32,921 nt of DNA from a virus. Taxonomy: Duplodnaviria > Caudoviricetes. Position 1 is the stretch's first letter. Every line of letters starts with the position of its first letter. The notes below the pieces were generated by a model. It was not told the origin of the DNA. It worked only from the letters and a program-made list of their open reading frames with translations, and did no database searches. A program made the translations under genes and the position numbers. The stretch is taken from IMG/VR virus record IMGVR_UViG_3300027971_000143, positions 1-32,921 of that record. One strand, given 5' to 3'. Positions 9,019 through 18,213 of this stretch are shown here, one piece after another.

Positions 9019-9702
9019 ATGAAGACAGGACACAAAGTAACAATCGGTTCGTGCGATCCAGGATCCGTAAATGGATCCTTCGCATTCAGACTGATTCAAA
9101 TTGCGCAAGCAAGAAGCGACAGACTCGGGCCATTTGTGAGAATCAAAGGCTCTGGACTTTTATCAAAGCAACGCAACCGCATGGTGAAACAATTTCTAGA
9201 TAACACAAAGAGCGACTGGCTTCTTATGTTGGACTCAGACGAGCAGCTGACGACGCCGGCATTCGACGCCTTGATCGACACAGCCCATGACAAAGAGCGC
9301 CCGATCGTCGCAGGCCTTGTCTTTGCAGGATTTGGAGTACCAGGCAAGCCTTACCCAAAGCCAGTTCCAGCAATATTTCAGGACTCAGATAAAGGCTTTC
9401 TTCCGCTTTACAAATACGACAAGAACGCAGTCTTCGAAATTGACGCAGCAGGAACAGGATGCCTGCTAGTTCACCGAAGCGTTCTGGAGAAGATGCGAGA
9501 AGTCGCAGATCCAAACCAGGGAACAGACTGGTGCTGGTTCTGGGATGGGCCAGTAAACGGAGAATGGATTGGGGAAGATTTATTATTCTGTCGAAGGGCA
9601 AAGGCGCTCGGATTTACGATCCACGTAAACACAGCTGCCATCTTGCCGCATCAGAAGAGCTTCTGGATGGAAGAGATACATCATGATATTTGGCAAGATT
9701 AA
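9019..9702 (+). CDS. GT-A fold (family 2-like) glycosyltransferase
   Basis: WLLMLDSD (DxD), AAGTGCLLVHRSV, GEDLLFC motifs; start moved to ATG 9019 behind the GGGGG RBS. Confidence 0.8.
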   Translation: MKTGHKVTIGSCDPGSVNGSFAFRLIQIAQARSDRLGPFVRIKGSGLLSKQRNRMVKQFLDNTKSDWLLMLDSDEQLTTPAFDALIDTAHDKERPIVAGLVFAGFGVPGKPYPKPVPAIFQDSDKGFLPLYKYDKNAVFEIDAAGTGCLLVHRSVLEKMREVADPNQGTDWCWFWDGPVNGEWIGEDLLFCRRAKALGFTIHVNTAAILPHQKSFWMEEIHHDIWQD

Positions 9703-9808
9703 GAAGATCCGGCGCAAGCCGGCAAAGGAAACAGCAACCGCCGATCCCAAACTAGAACGTGCAATGCTGCCGAAACCGGAAAGAAGGACGAAGCGTGGCC
9801 CTAACTAA
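9683..9808 (+). CDS. Small basic protein (41 aa) upstream of the connector; not in the ORF track
   Basis: Hand-translated MIFGKIKKIRRKPAKETATADPKLERAMLPKPERRTKRGPN; fills the gap between overlapping neighbours. Confidence 0.55.
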   Translation: MIFGKIKKIRRKPAKETATADPKLERAMLPKPERRTKRGPN

Positions 9809-10403
9809 TGCCTATTGCACCCTGGCCGAATTAAAGGCCTCACTTGCGATCACAGACAGCGTGGACGACACCCCACTCGAAGCAGCGATCACAGCAACCA
9901 GCCGCATGATTGACGATTACACCGGGCGCTTCTTTTACCGCAACGGAACGACAGGATCACCAGTGGCTCGTTATTACACACCGCTAGATCCCTGGACGAT
10001 GAACATGGACGATAACGTTTCGATCACGCAAGTGGCCACAGACGACAACTTCAACCAGACATGGGATACCGTCTGGGCAACCAGCGACTACATGCTCGAA
10101 CCAGTAAATAACCCACAGCGCGGATGGCCAGTAAACCGAATCCTTGCAATCGGCCGATACGTTTGGCCTTATTATTTGCCCCAGGCTTGCAAGATCACCG
10201 GCGTCTGGGGATGGACAGCAACACCTTCAGAGATCAACATGGCAACCTTGATCCAAGCAGCTCGATTATTCACACGCCGCCAGTCGCCATTTGGAATCGC
10301 AGGAAGCCCGGACTTAGGAACAGTGCGCCTCACAGCCAAACTCGACGCAGACGTTGAAGCCTTGCTTCGACCATTCCGCAAGAACAATGGGCTGGCTAAA
10401 TAA
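9795..10403 (+). CDS. Head-tail connector/adaptor (gp6/gp15-like)
   Basis: GTG start; YCTLAELKASL, SRMIDDYTGR.F, WGW...P, DVEALLRPFR typical of connectors. Confidence 0.85.
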   Translation: MALTNAYCTLAELKASLAITDSVDDTPLEAAITATSRMIDDYTGRFFYRNGTTGSPVARYYTPLDPWTMNMDDNVSITQVATDDNFNQTWDTVWATSDYMLEPVNNPQRGWPVNRILAIGRYVWPYYLPQACKITGVWGWTATPSEINMATLIQAARLFTRRQSPFGIAGSPDLGTVRLTAKLDADVEALLRPFRKNNGLAK

Positions 10404-10807
10404 TGCCAATGCAGCCAAGCCAGGTGCGAGATGCACTCAAGACAAGACTTCAAACAATTTCAGGACTTCGGGTTTACGAATTGATTCCAGAACCAGTAAC
10501 ACCACCATGCGCAATCGTGGGCCAGCTCGACTTCACATTCGACATCGATAACGCCCGGGGATTAGACCAAGCAAACGTCGATATTTACGTGATCGTCCAG
10601 CGCTTTTCAGAGCGAGCAGGCCAGGACAAGCTCGATGAATACCTTGCAGGCACAGGAGCAACATCCATCAAAGCAGCAATAGAGGGCGACAGAACGCTCG
10701 GCGGAACATGCCAGACATTGCGAGTCACCAGCGCAGAGTCCGGAACATACGACTCGCAATCGAACACATTTCTCTCGTACCGATACCGCCTAACAATCTG
10801 GGGATAA
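10403..10807 (+). CDS. Tail terminator/completion protein
   Basis: VRDALKTRL.TISGLRVY, SIKAAIEGDRTLGG; position between connector and tail tube. Confidence 0.7.
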   Translation: MPMQPSQVRDALKTRLQTISGLRVYELIPEPVTPPCAIVGQLDFTFDIDNARGLDQANVDIYVIVQRFSERAGQDKLDEYLAGTGATSIKAAIEGDRTLGGTCQTLRVTSAESGTYDSQSNTFLSYRYRLTIWG

Positions 10808-10817
10808 GGAGATCCAA

Positions 10818-11009
10818 ATGACATACACAGTAATCTCACATCGAGAAGTCTGCGGAAAGACCACAGGCGAAATAATCACAGAAAAAGAATTGCAAGATGC
10901 AGAAGTTAGTGCAGAAGCATTAATTGCTGGAAACCACATCGAAGCAAGTAACAAAACATCACAAATCCCATCCACCAAAATCGAAACAGAAGAAGGAGCG
11001 ACTAAATAA
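10818..11009 (+). CDS. Small hypothetical structural-region protein
   Basis: 63 aa, AAGGAG RBS, TAATG coupling to the next gene. Confidence 0.7.
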   Translation: MTYTVISHREVCGKTTGEIITEKELQDAEVSAEALIAGNHIEASNKTSQIPSTKIETEEGATK

Positions 11010-11419
11010 TGGCTCGCATAGTTCTCAATAACGCATTTATCTCCGTCGGCGGAGTTGACCTGAGCAGTCTGGTCGCATCCGTAACATTAAATTCAACATT
11101 TGACGTAGTAGAAACAACAGCATTCTCATCAACATCAGCAAAGACACGTGTGGCCGGTCTTGCAGATAATTCAGTAACGATCGAATTTCAGCAAGATTAT
11201 GCAACAAGTCAAGTAGAACAAACAATCTATCCACTTCTCGGAACAGCAGCAGCTGTAATCGTCAAGCCAAACGGCGCTACAACTAGTGCATTCAATCCAT
11301 CATACACATGCAGTGCTATAATTTCAGAGTGGACTCCGATCAACGGATCCGTCGGTGAATTGGCCACAGCATCTGTGACTTGGCCAGTAACCGGAGCAAT
11401 TACAAAGGCGGTCGCATAA
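11009..11419 (+). CDS. Major tail (tube) protein, paralog 1
   Basis: VDLS..V.SVTL, VETTAF, RVAGLAD, GSVGELATASVTWP; upstream of chaperone and tape measure. Confidence 0.8.
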   Translation: MARIVLNNAFISVGGVDLSSLVASVTLNSTFDVVETTAFSSTSAKTRVAGLADNSVTIEFQQDYATSQVEQTIYPLLGTAAAVIVKPNGATTSAFNPSYTCSAIISEWTPINGSVGELATASVTWPVTGAITKAVA

Positions 11420-11826
11420 TGGCAAGAATCGTACTCAACAATGCATCGGTCGTATTTGGAACAACTGATCTCAGCGATCACATTGCGAGCATTACGTTAA
11501 ATTCAACATTCGACATAGTCGAAACAACTGCATTCGGAAACACAGCAAAGACACGTGTGGCCGGACTTGCAGATAATTCTGTAACGTTTGAATTTCACCA
11601 GGACTACGCAACTTCAAGCGTTGAACAAACAATCTATCCGTTACTTGGAACAGCAGTCTCAGTCGTTGCAAAGCCAGTAGCAGGAACAACAACAACAATC
11701 AATCCGCAATACACATTTTCTACGCTTGTCTCCGAATGGACTCCTCTAAATGGATCCGTCGGTGAATTAGCAACTGCGAGTGTGACTTGGCCGATCTCCG
11801 GCGCAATTACCAAAGCAACATCCTAA
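11419..11826 (+). CDS. Major tail (tube) protein, paralog 2
   Basis: Collinear paralog of 11009-11419 (MARIVLNNA...GAITKA); start moved to ATG 11419 in a TAATG overlap. Confidence 0.8.
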   Translation: MARIVLNNASVVFGTTDLSDHIASITLNSTFDIVETTAFGNTAKTRVAGLADNSVTFEFHQDYATSSVEQTIYPLLGTAVSVVAKPVAGTTTTINPQYTFSTLVSEWTPLNGSVGELATASVTWPISGAITKATS

Positions 11827-11847
11827 AGAAAATAGGGGGAAACAAAG

Positions 11848-12126
11848 ATGGATGGATTAAACATCAAAGTCAAGACGACTGATGGCGTGGAAAAAACGTT
11901 CTCATTGCGTCCACGCATCATCGTCGAATTTGAACAGAAGTATGGCAAAGGTCTAACAAAACTAATCGGCGAAGAACAGAAACTCGAACATATTTATTAT
12001 CTCGGATGGCTTGCACTTAGAGCAAACGGAGTCGTTGTAAAACCATTTGGCCCTGAATTCTTAGACACGCTCGAAGGGGTTCAGTTAGATACAGACCCAA
12101 ATTCAGAATCCACAGAGACAGCCTGA
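11848..12126 (+). CDS. Tail assembly chaperone (G)
   Basis: Position between tail tube and tape measure; slippery heptamer near the 3' end. Confidence 0.8.
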   Translation: MDGLNIKVKTTDGVEKTFSLRPRIIVEFEQKYGKGLTKLIGEEQKLEHIYYLGWLALRANGVVVKPFGPEFLDTLEGVQLDTDPNSESTETA

Positions 12127-12263
12127 CATATTCAATTGCAGCAGTTTCTGTGGAAACCGGAATAGATCCCGGCGCTTTGATGGATGCACCAGACGGCATC
12201 CTTGAAGCGATCGTGATTTATCTCAAAGAGAAGGCAAAGGCGGCAAACAAACATGGCCAATGA
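12096..12263 (+). CDS. -1 frameshift extension of the tail assembly chaperone (GT)
   Basis: In-frame C CCA AAT heptamer at 12096-12102; -1 frame open as FRIHRDSLTYSIAAVSVETGIDPGALMDAPDGILEAIVIYLKEKAKAANKHGQ to TGA at 12263. Confidence 0.8.
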   Translation, partial: PKFRIHRDSLTYSIAAVSVETGIDPGALMDAPDGILEAIVIYLKEKAKAANKHGQ

Positions 12264-12804
12264 AGTCGTTGCAATTAGCGGCATCAAAGAAACCACTGCA
12301 GCCTTGAAGAAATTCGACAAAGACGCAGCTCGTCGGCTGAACAAAGTAATCAACGATGAGCTGCGTCGAGCCGAAGGCGATGCCAGAGATCAGATAGACA
12401 ACAAGCCACCGATGAGTGGCTGGAGATCAACAGCAGCACAGAACCCACGCAAGGGCGTCAGAGGCGGCCAGGGCTGGCCTGCATGGGATCCGCAAGCAAT
12501 CAGACGGGGCATCGTCAAAACTCGCTCAGAAGGCCGCGTGCGGTCGGATTACACCACTAGCGCAGGCGCACTCTTTAACAAGACCGCCTCCGGCGTTATC
12601 TTCGAAGTTGCAGGACGCAGGACACCAGGGCAGGGAACAGGCCGCCAGATGATCGGCGTCTTGAACGACAGGATCAGGAAAGCATCACGCGGAATCTGGT
12701 TTGTGATTGATCGCGATCGCCCTCGGGTTTATGCCAATGTGAGATCCGCAATGGACGAAGCGCAGAAGATTCTGCAAGCCAATCTAAATAAAGAGAAGGG
12801 ATAA
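12253..12804 (+). CDS. HK97 gp10-like tail/neck component
   Basis: Basic protein with ISGIKET..ALKK N-terminus and IFEVAG motif; tail module position. Confidence 0.6.
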   Translation: MANEVVAISGIKETTAALKKFDKDAARRLNKVINDELRRAEGDARDQIDNKPPMSGWRSTAAQNPRKGVRGGQGWPAWDPQAIRRGIVKTRSEGRVRSDYTTSAGALFNKTASGVIFEVAGRRTPGQGTGRQMIGVLNDRIRKASRGIWFVIDRDRPRVYANVRSAMDEAQKILQANLNKEKG

Positions 12805-12810
12805 CCGAGC

Positions 12811-15174
12811 ATGGCAATAGGCGCAGTAGTAGCCCGGATTATTACCCAATACTCAGATAAAGGCAGCAAGGCAGCAGCCAGAGACATCAATAAACTCGGG
12901 AAATCTTTCGATAAATTTTCAGGCAAAGTAGCAAAATCCTTCGGAATTGCAGCAGCAGCCAGCGCAGCCTTCGCAGTCAAGATCGGTGTCGATTCAGTCA
13001 AGGCTGCAATCGCAGACGAAAAATCACAGGCCCTACTTGCCAATTCGCTTAGAAATACAACCGGCGCAACTGACGCCGCAATCGCAGCGACCGAATCTTA
13101 TATTGACCAGACTCAGCGAGCATTCGGAGTCGTCGATGACGACCTTCGTCCGGCGCTTGCAAAATTGGCCTCAGTAACCGGCAGCGTTACAGCAGCGCAA
13201 CAACTTCTCGGATTGGCGATGGATGTCTCCGCCGGTGGAAATGTAGATCTTGGATCAGCAACAAACGCAGTCACAAAGGCGCTTCAAGGAAATTACAAAG
13301 CGCTAAAAAACCTCGGCGTTCCAATTACAGACGCAATGGTCAAATCCAAAGACCTAAACGCCATACTTCAACTTACTGCAAAGACATTCGGTGGAGCAGC
13401 AGCAACTAGAGCAAACACCTTCGAATTCAGAATGATTCGTCTCAAAATTGCATTGGGAGAAGCTGAGGAAACACTCGGCAAGGCATTACTTCCAACAATT
13501 GAGGAATTATTCAAAACACTTACGACAAAAGTTATCCCGGCAATTCAAGAATGGCTGACAGAGAACGGCGACAAACTGGTCGCAGTTATGTCGAGTGCAA
13601 TCAAGGCCGTCATCGGCTTTGCATTTGTAATATTTAAGACATTCGCATTCGTAGCAAAGCATAAAGAAGTCTTCGTATCACTTGGCGCGATATTTGCCGC
13701 AACATTCGTAGCAGGCAAGGTGATCGCATTCGTTACAGCGATACAAGGACTGGTCAAGGCTTACCAGGCAATCAGAGCAGCAGCGATCGGCGCAGCAGCA
13801 GCACAGGCAGCAGCCACCGGCGGAATTTCAGTAGCAGCAGCTGCCGCCGGCGTTGCCGCATTCGCAGCCACACTCGGCGGTCTTTATCTTGTCACTAAGA
13901 AGGCAAACGATGAGATGGGCAAGATGGAAGGAGCCGGCGAAGATTTAGAATTCTCCTTCGACGGATTAAACGGAACCACCGAAGACTATGTAAAGAATCT
14001 CGGCGGCCTTAATATCGATCTCAAGAACGGCGTCAAGAATACAAAGAACCTGACAGCAGCAGACCTCAAGCAGATTGCAACAAAGAAGGCGCTCGCTGCT
14101 TTGGCAAAATTAGGAATTAAACCAACGACAGAGACGGATCCAATCCAACTCGAAGCGGCACGTTTGAATTTAATCAAACAAAATAACATCGCAGAAGCAA
14201 AGCGCGTCGAAGCAATTCTTGCTAACTTAGAAGCGCAACTTAAGGCAAACGAAGCAATCAAGCGATACACAGACCTTCTCGGAGTTGTTGCAGATTCAAC
14301 AATCTCCAATGAAGAGGTTGTATTACTTGCAGCAAAATGGGGGATTAGCAAAGAAGCAGTCGTTGCATATACGACTGCCATCTTTGCTGTTAACGATGGC
14401 AAAATTTCAACGACAGAAGTCGATAATCTTGCAAAGCAATGGGGAATCACAAAGCAGCAGGCAGGCATTTATCTCGACTTCTTCCAAGCGCTGAATGACG
14501 GCAAACTTGATCAGACAGAGATAAATAATCTCATGATTAAGTGGGGCCTTACCACTCTGCAAGTAGAAAATTATGCAACGCTTATCGCAAAGGGAGTAAC
14601 ACCTTCTGACCTTTGGCCACAGCCGGGAAATGCAGCAAAGAAGTCATGGGAAGATGCGCTCAGAGCACTCAACGATTACATTGCAAAATCCGGATCCACA
14701 ATCACTGCTACTCCGCAACCGCCTGTAGCTCCGGCATTTGAACCATTTATCGGGCCAAAAGGCGGTATCGGAACGACGACGATATCCCCTACAGTTTCCA
14801 GCGTCCCGGCAGTTCAAGCGACTTTCGAGAAGGTATTCGCAGATATGTCTGCGATGGGAAATAATCAAACCCAATCAGCGATCCTGGCTTTATCTTCAGC
14901 TCGATACGAAGCCCTTGCAGCTTCATATGCCAATAGGCCAAAGCTCGCAGAAGGCGGCATCGTTACAAGTCCAACCACAGCTCTGATCGGCGAAGCCGGG
15001 CCAGAAGCCGTTATTCCACTCAACCGAATGGGATCAATGGGCGGATCTAATGTCAACATTGTCGTCAACGGCAGCGTGACCAGCGAAGGCGACCTCGTCA
15101 ACGCGATCCGTAACGCGATCCTTCAGGGCCAAAATAACGGACAGGCGATCACAAAGACAGCGATCCAACTCTGA
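12811..15174 (+). CDS. Tape measure protein
   Basis: 787 aa, Ala-rich and helical with a hydrophobic mid-section; C-terminal LAEGGIV..PT.ALIGEAGPEAVIPL. Confidence 0.93.
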   Translation: MAIGAVVARIITQYSDKGSKAAARDINKLGKSFDKFSGKVAKSFGIAAAASAAFAVKIGVDSVKAAIADEKSQALLANSLRNTTGATDAAIAATESYIDQTQRAFGVVDDDLRPALAKLASVTGSVTAAQQLLGLAMDVSAGGNVDLGSATNAVTKALQGNYKALKNLGVPITDAMVKSKDLNAILQLTAKTFGGAAATRANTFEFRMIRLKIALGEAEETLGKALLPTIEELFKTLTTKVIPAIQEWLTENGDKLVAVMSSAIKAVIGFAFVIFKTFAFVAKHKEVFVSLGAIFAATFVAGKVIAFVTAIQGLVKAYQAIRAAAIGAAAAQAAATGGISVAAAAAGVAAFAATLGGLYLVTKKANDEMGKMEGAGEDLEFSFDGLNGTTEDYVKNLGGLNIDLKNGVKNTKNLTAADLKQIATKKALAALAKLGIKPTTETDPIQLEAARLNLIKQNNIAEAKRVEAILANLEAQLKANEAIKRYTDLLGVVADSTISNEEVVLLAAKWGISKEAVVAYTTAIFAVNDGKISTTEVDNLAKQWGITKQQAGIYLDFFQALNDGKLDQTEINNLMIKWGLTTLQVENYATLIAKGVTPSDLWPQPGNAAKKSWEDALRALNDYIAKSGSTITATPQPPVAPAFEPFIGPKGGIGTTTISPTVSSVPAVQATFEKVFADMSAMGNNQTQSAILALSSARYEALAASYANRPKLAEGGIVTSPTTALIGEAGPEAVIPLNRMGSMGGSNVNIVVNGSVTSEGDLVNAIRNAILQGQNNGQAITKTAIQL

Positions 15175-16430
15175 TGGCAGGCATTCCACAGCTCGGAGCA
15201 TCAATCGACTTCGTCAACGGCCCGGCCTTTATTTCGACCGCCTTCACATTGGGCGACAGCATCAAGGGCAAACTAGGAACAGGCCAGCTCGCAGACGCAG
15301 ACGACTCGGTCGACATTTCCAGCATCATCATGCGATCATCAATCCGCAGAGGACGAAACCGCATCCTGAACAAGTTCGAAGCAGGAACGGCCGTCGTTGA
15401 GATCAAGGACGACAATGGCGACTGGAACCCGGCCAATACAGCAGGCCCCTACTACGGCAAGCTCGTACCGCTTCGAAAGATCCGAATCTGGGCCGATTAC
15501 AACGGCGTCCGTTATTACCTTTTCTCGGGATTTATCACTAGCTACGATACGACATTCGCAATCGGAGCCAATGAAGTCTCCAGAGTGATCCTCAATTGCG
15601 TCGACGGCTTCCGCCTTCTCAATAACGCTGCAATCACCACAGTACCGGACACCGGAGCAGGGCAACTAAGTGGAACCCGAATCAACAAACTTCTCGACGT
15701 CGTCGACTGGCCTACATCACAAAGAGACATCAACGCCGGCGACAGCACGATGCAGGCGGATCCGGGAACGGCAGACAGAACCGTACTCGAAGCAATTCAA
15801 ACAGTAGAAAATAGCGAGTTCGGTGGCTTCTTCTTGGACGCAGAAGGAAATGCAACCTTCTACTCAAGAACTACAGTCAGCCAGTACGCAGACTCGACCC
15901 CCACAGTTTTCAGCGACACAGGATCAGGAATCGGATACGCCCAGATTGACCTGGCCTTTGATGACACCTTGATCGTAAACGATGTCTCAGTTCAAAGATT
16001 AAACGGCACAAACCAGACGGTCACCAGCCAGACATCGATAGATAACTACTTCATCCATTCAGGAGCCAGAACAGGCATCCTGGTGCAATCAGATACAGAA
16101 GCTCTAGATCAAGCGACCATGATCTTGCAATCGCGCAAGGACGCGACCCTTCGTATTGATTCTATGACGCTCAACCTGGTCGACGACGGACAAACCGCTC
16201 GCAACATCGCAGGCATCAACCTGGAGATATTCGACCTGGTAAACATAACAAAGACCATGCCGGGATCAACATCCATCACCAGCGAATTATTCGTCCAGGG
16301 TTTACAGCATGACATTACAAGGACAACATTTACCACTAAGATACTGACTAGCGAACCGATCATCCAGGCATTCATTCTAGATAGCACATCACAGGGAATT
16401 CTGGGCGTCGCAGGCGTTCTCAGTTACTAA
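15174..16430 (+). CDS. Minor tail protein (tail tip/hub)
   Basis: Directly follows the tape measure; IRRGRNR..FEAG, LFSGFI, SGTRINKLLD, E.GGFFLDAEG.ATF. Confidence 0.75.
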   Translation: MAGIPQLGASIDFVNGPAFISTAFTLGDSIKGKLGTGQLADADDSVDISSIIMRSSIRRGRNRILNKFEAGTAVVEIKDDNGDWNPANTAGPYYGKLVPLRKIRIWADYNGVRYYLFSGFITSYDTTFAIGANEVSRVILNCVDGFRLLNNAAITTVPDTGAGQLSGTRINKLLDVVDWPTSQRDINAGDSTMQADPGTADRTVLEAIQTVENSEFGGFFLDAEGNATFYSRTTVSQYADSTPTVFSDTGSGIGYAQIDLAFDDTLIVNDVSVQRLNGTNQTVTSQTSIDNYFIHSGARTGILVQSDTEALDQATMILQSRKDATLRIDSMTLNLVDDGQTARNIAGINLEIFDLVNITKTMPGSTSITSELFVQGLQHDITRTTFTTKILTSEPIIQAFILDSTSQGILGVAGVLSY

Positions 16431-16442
16431 TAAGGAGAAATC

Positions 16443-17147
16443 ATGGCAGGAGCAGGCTACAAGTTATTCGCAACAGGAGACGTGCTGACAGCAGCGCAAG
16501 TCAACACATACCTGATGCAACAAACCACGATGGTATTTGCATCTTCAGCAGCTCGAACCACAGCCCTGAGCGGCGTGATTGCAGAAGGCATGCTCTCCTA
16601 CCTTACAGATACAAACGCGCTCCAATATTACGACGGCGCAGCTTGGCAAGATGTGAGCAACCCAGGAGACATCACAGGAGTTACAGCAGGAACAGGACTC
16701 ACAGGCGGTGGCACTTCCGGATCCGTAACGCTTGCGATTGATTCAACGGTTGCAACTTTGACCGGCAGCCAGACATTGACAAACAAGACCCTGACATCAC
16801 CTGTGATCACTACGCCAAAAATTGCTATTGGTTATACAGCAAAGACAGCAGCCTACACAGTAGCAAGTGGCGACGAAGGTTACTTGTTCTCAATGAACAA
16901 CGCGGCAACTGCACAGTTCTCAATTCCAACGGATGCAACATTCAACTTCGCAATCGGCACTGAGATCCACTTCGTATGGATTACAGGAGCAGGGCAGCCC
17001 ACGATCGGCGCAGTAACACCAGGAACGACTACTGTGATCTCAACAGGAGCCACCAGTGCGACCCCCAAGTTGAGAGTGGTCAATTCAGCTGCAACCGCCA
17101 TCAAGCTCGCAGCAAACTCCTGGTTAGTGGTTGGCGATCTCGCATAA
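16443..17147 (+). CDS. Tail fibre protein
   Basis: F.TGDVLTAAQVN N-terminus, YYDGAAW, GDITGVTAGTGLTGGGTSG, QTLTNKTLTSP, C-terminal W.VVGDL. Confidence 0.75.
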   Translation: MAGAGYKLFATGDVLTAAQVNTYLMQQTTMVFASSAARTTALSGVIAEGMLSYLTDTNALQYYDGAAWQDVSNPGDITGVTAGTGLTGGGTSGSVTLAIDSTVATLTGSQTLTNKTLTSPVITTPKIAIGYTAKTAAYTVASGDEGYLFSMNNAATAQFSIPTDATFNFAIGTEIHFVWITGAGQPTIGAVTPGTTTVISTGATSATPKLRVVNSAATAIKLAANSWLVVGDLA

Positions 17148-17719
17148 TGTCACCCATCTTAGGCATTATGGCTAGTTCAATCAGTGGAAGCAAAGCCGTA
17201 ACTAATTCCTATGAGTCTATTGCTACTGTCACGGTTGGTTCGGGTGGCTCTTCGACTATTACTTTTTCATCAATTCCTAGCACTTACAAGCATTTGCAAA
17301 TTCGTTGGATTGGAAGAAGCACTCGAAGCCTTTTTGTTGATGGTTCAATTGTCAGATTCAATGGAGATTCGGGGTCAAATTATTCAAAACACAATCTTTA
17401 TGGAACTGGTCTTGGTTCAGTTGGTGGAGAAAATTCAACAAGTCAAACTGGTATAAATCTAGGTGATACTATCGGTGCAACCGCGACTTCTGGAAATTTC
17501 ACACCTGGGGTTATTGATATTTTAGATTATCAAAATACTTCAAAATATAAAACTTTAAAAGCATTGCAGGGATATAACTTTGATAGCAATACAAGTGTTA
17601 TAGGGTTCAAATCAGGTTTATGGATGAGTACCTCTGCCATTACATCAATCACGATAACACCTGAGATAGCAAACTATGCTCAGTATTCATCATTTGCTTT
17701 ATATGGAATTAAGGGGTAA
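17147..17719 (+). CDS. Ser/Thr-rich tail-tip protein, paralog 1 (putative receptor binding)
   Basis: Start moved to ATG 17147 (TAATG); MSPILGIMAS, YESIAT, FSSIPSTYKHLQI, FNGD.GSNY, W.STSAITSI, LYGI. Confidence 0.65.
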   Translation: MSPILGIMASSISGSKAVTNSYESIATVTVGSGGSSTITFSSIPSTYKHLQIRWIGRSTRSLFVDGSIVRFNGDSGSNYSKHNLYGTGLGSVGGENSTSQTGINLGDTIGATATSGNFTPGVIDILDYQNTSKYKTLKALQGYNFDSNTSVIGFKSGLWMSTSAITSITITPEIANYAQYSSFALYGIKG

Positions 17720-17724
17720 ATCAA

Positions 17725-18213
17725 ATGGCAGCAGGAAGCACATATACACCGATTGCTACAACTACTCTTGGAAGCAATCAAACAAGTGTTACATTTAACT
17801 CATTTTCAGGTTATACAGATTTGCGCCTTGTATGCGCTTTAACTTCTTCTGCTAATCAAAATAACTATATTCAATTTAATGGTGATACTGGTTCAAATTA
17901 TTCATCAACATATATTCAAGGAGATGGCACTTCGGCTGCTTCAGGTCGAGCATCAGGAAGTGCTTTTGGATTTGTTGATTATGTAGGTTCTACTGCTCAA
18001 CATACTTTGACCATTGATATAATGAATTACTCAAACAGCACTACTTGGAAAACTTGGTTATCTCGCGGTGGCAATGCTGGAAATTTGACTATTTCTTATG
18101 TTGGTGTTTGGAGTAGCACTTCTGCAATCACAAGTCTTACATTTAACAATGGCACAGGTAGTGGATTACTTACAGGTTCTCAAATAACCCTTTACGGAAT
18201 CGCGGCAGCATAA
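17725..18213 (+). CDS. Ser/Thr-rich tail-tip protein, paralog 2
   Basis: TYTPIATTT, YTDL.LV, FNGDTGSNY, WSSTSAITS, LYGI shared with neighbours. Confidence 0.65.
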   Translation: MAAGSTYTPIATTTLGSNQTSVTFNSFSGYTDLRLVCALTSSANQNNYIQFNGDTGSNYSSTYIQGDGTSAASGRASGSAFGFVDYVGSTAQHTLTIDIMNYSNSTTWKTWLSRGGNAGNLTISYVGVWSSTSAITSLTFNNGTGSGLLTGSQITLYGIAAA

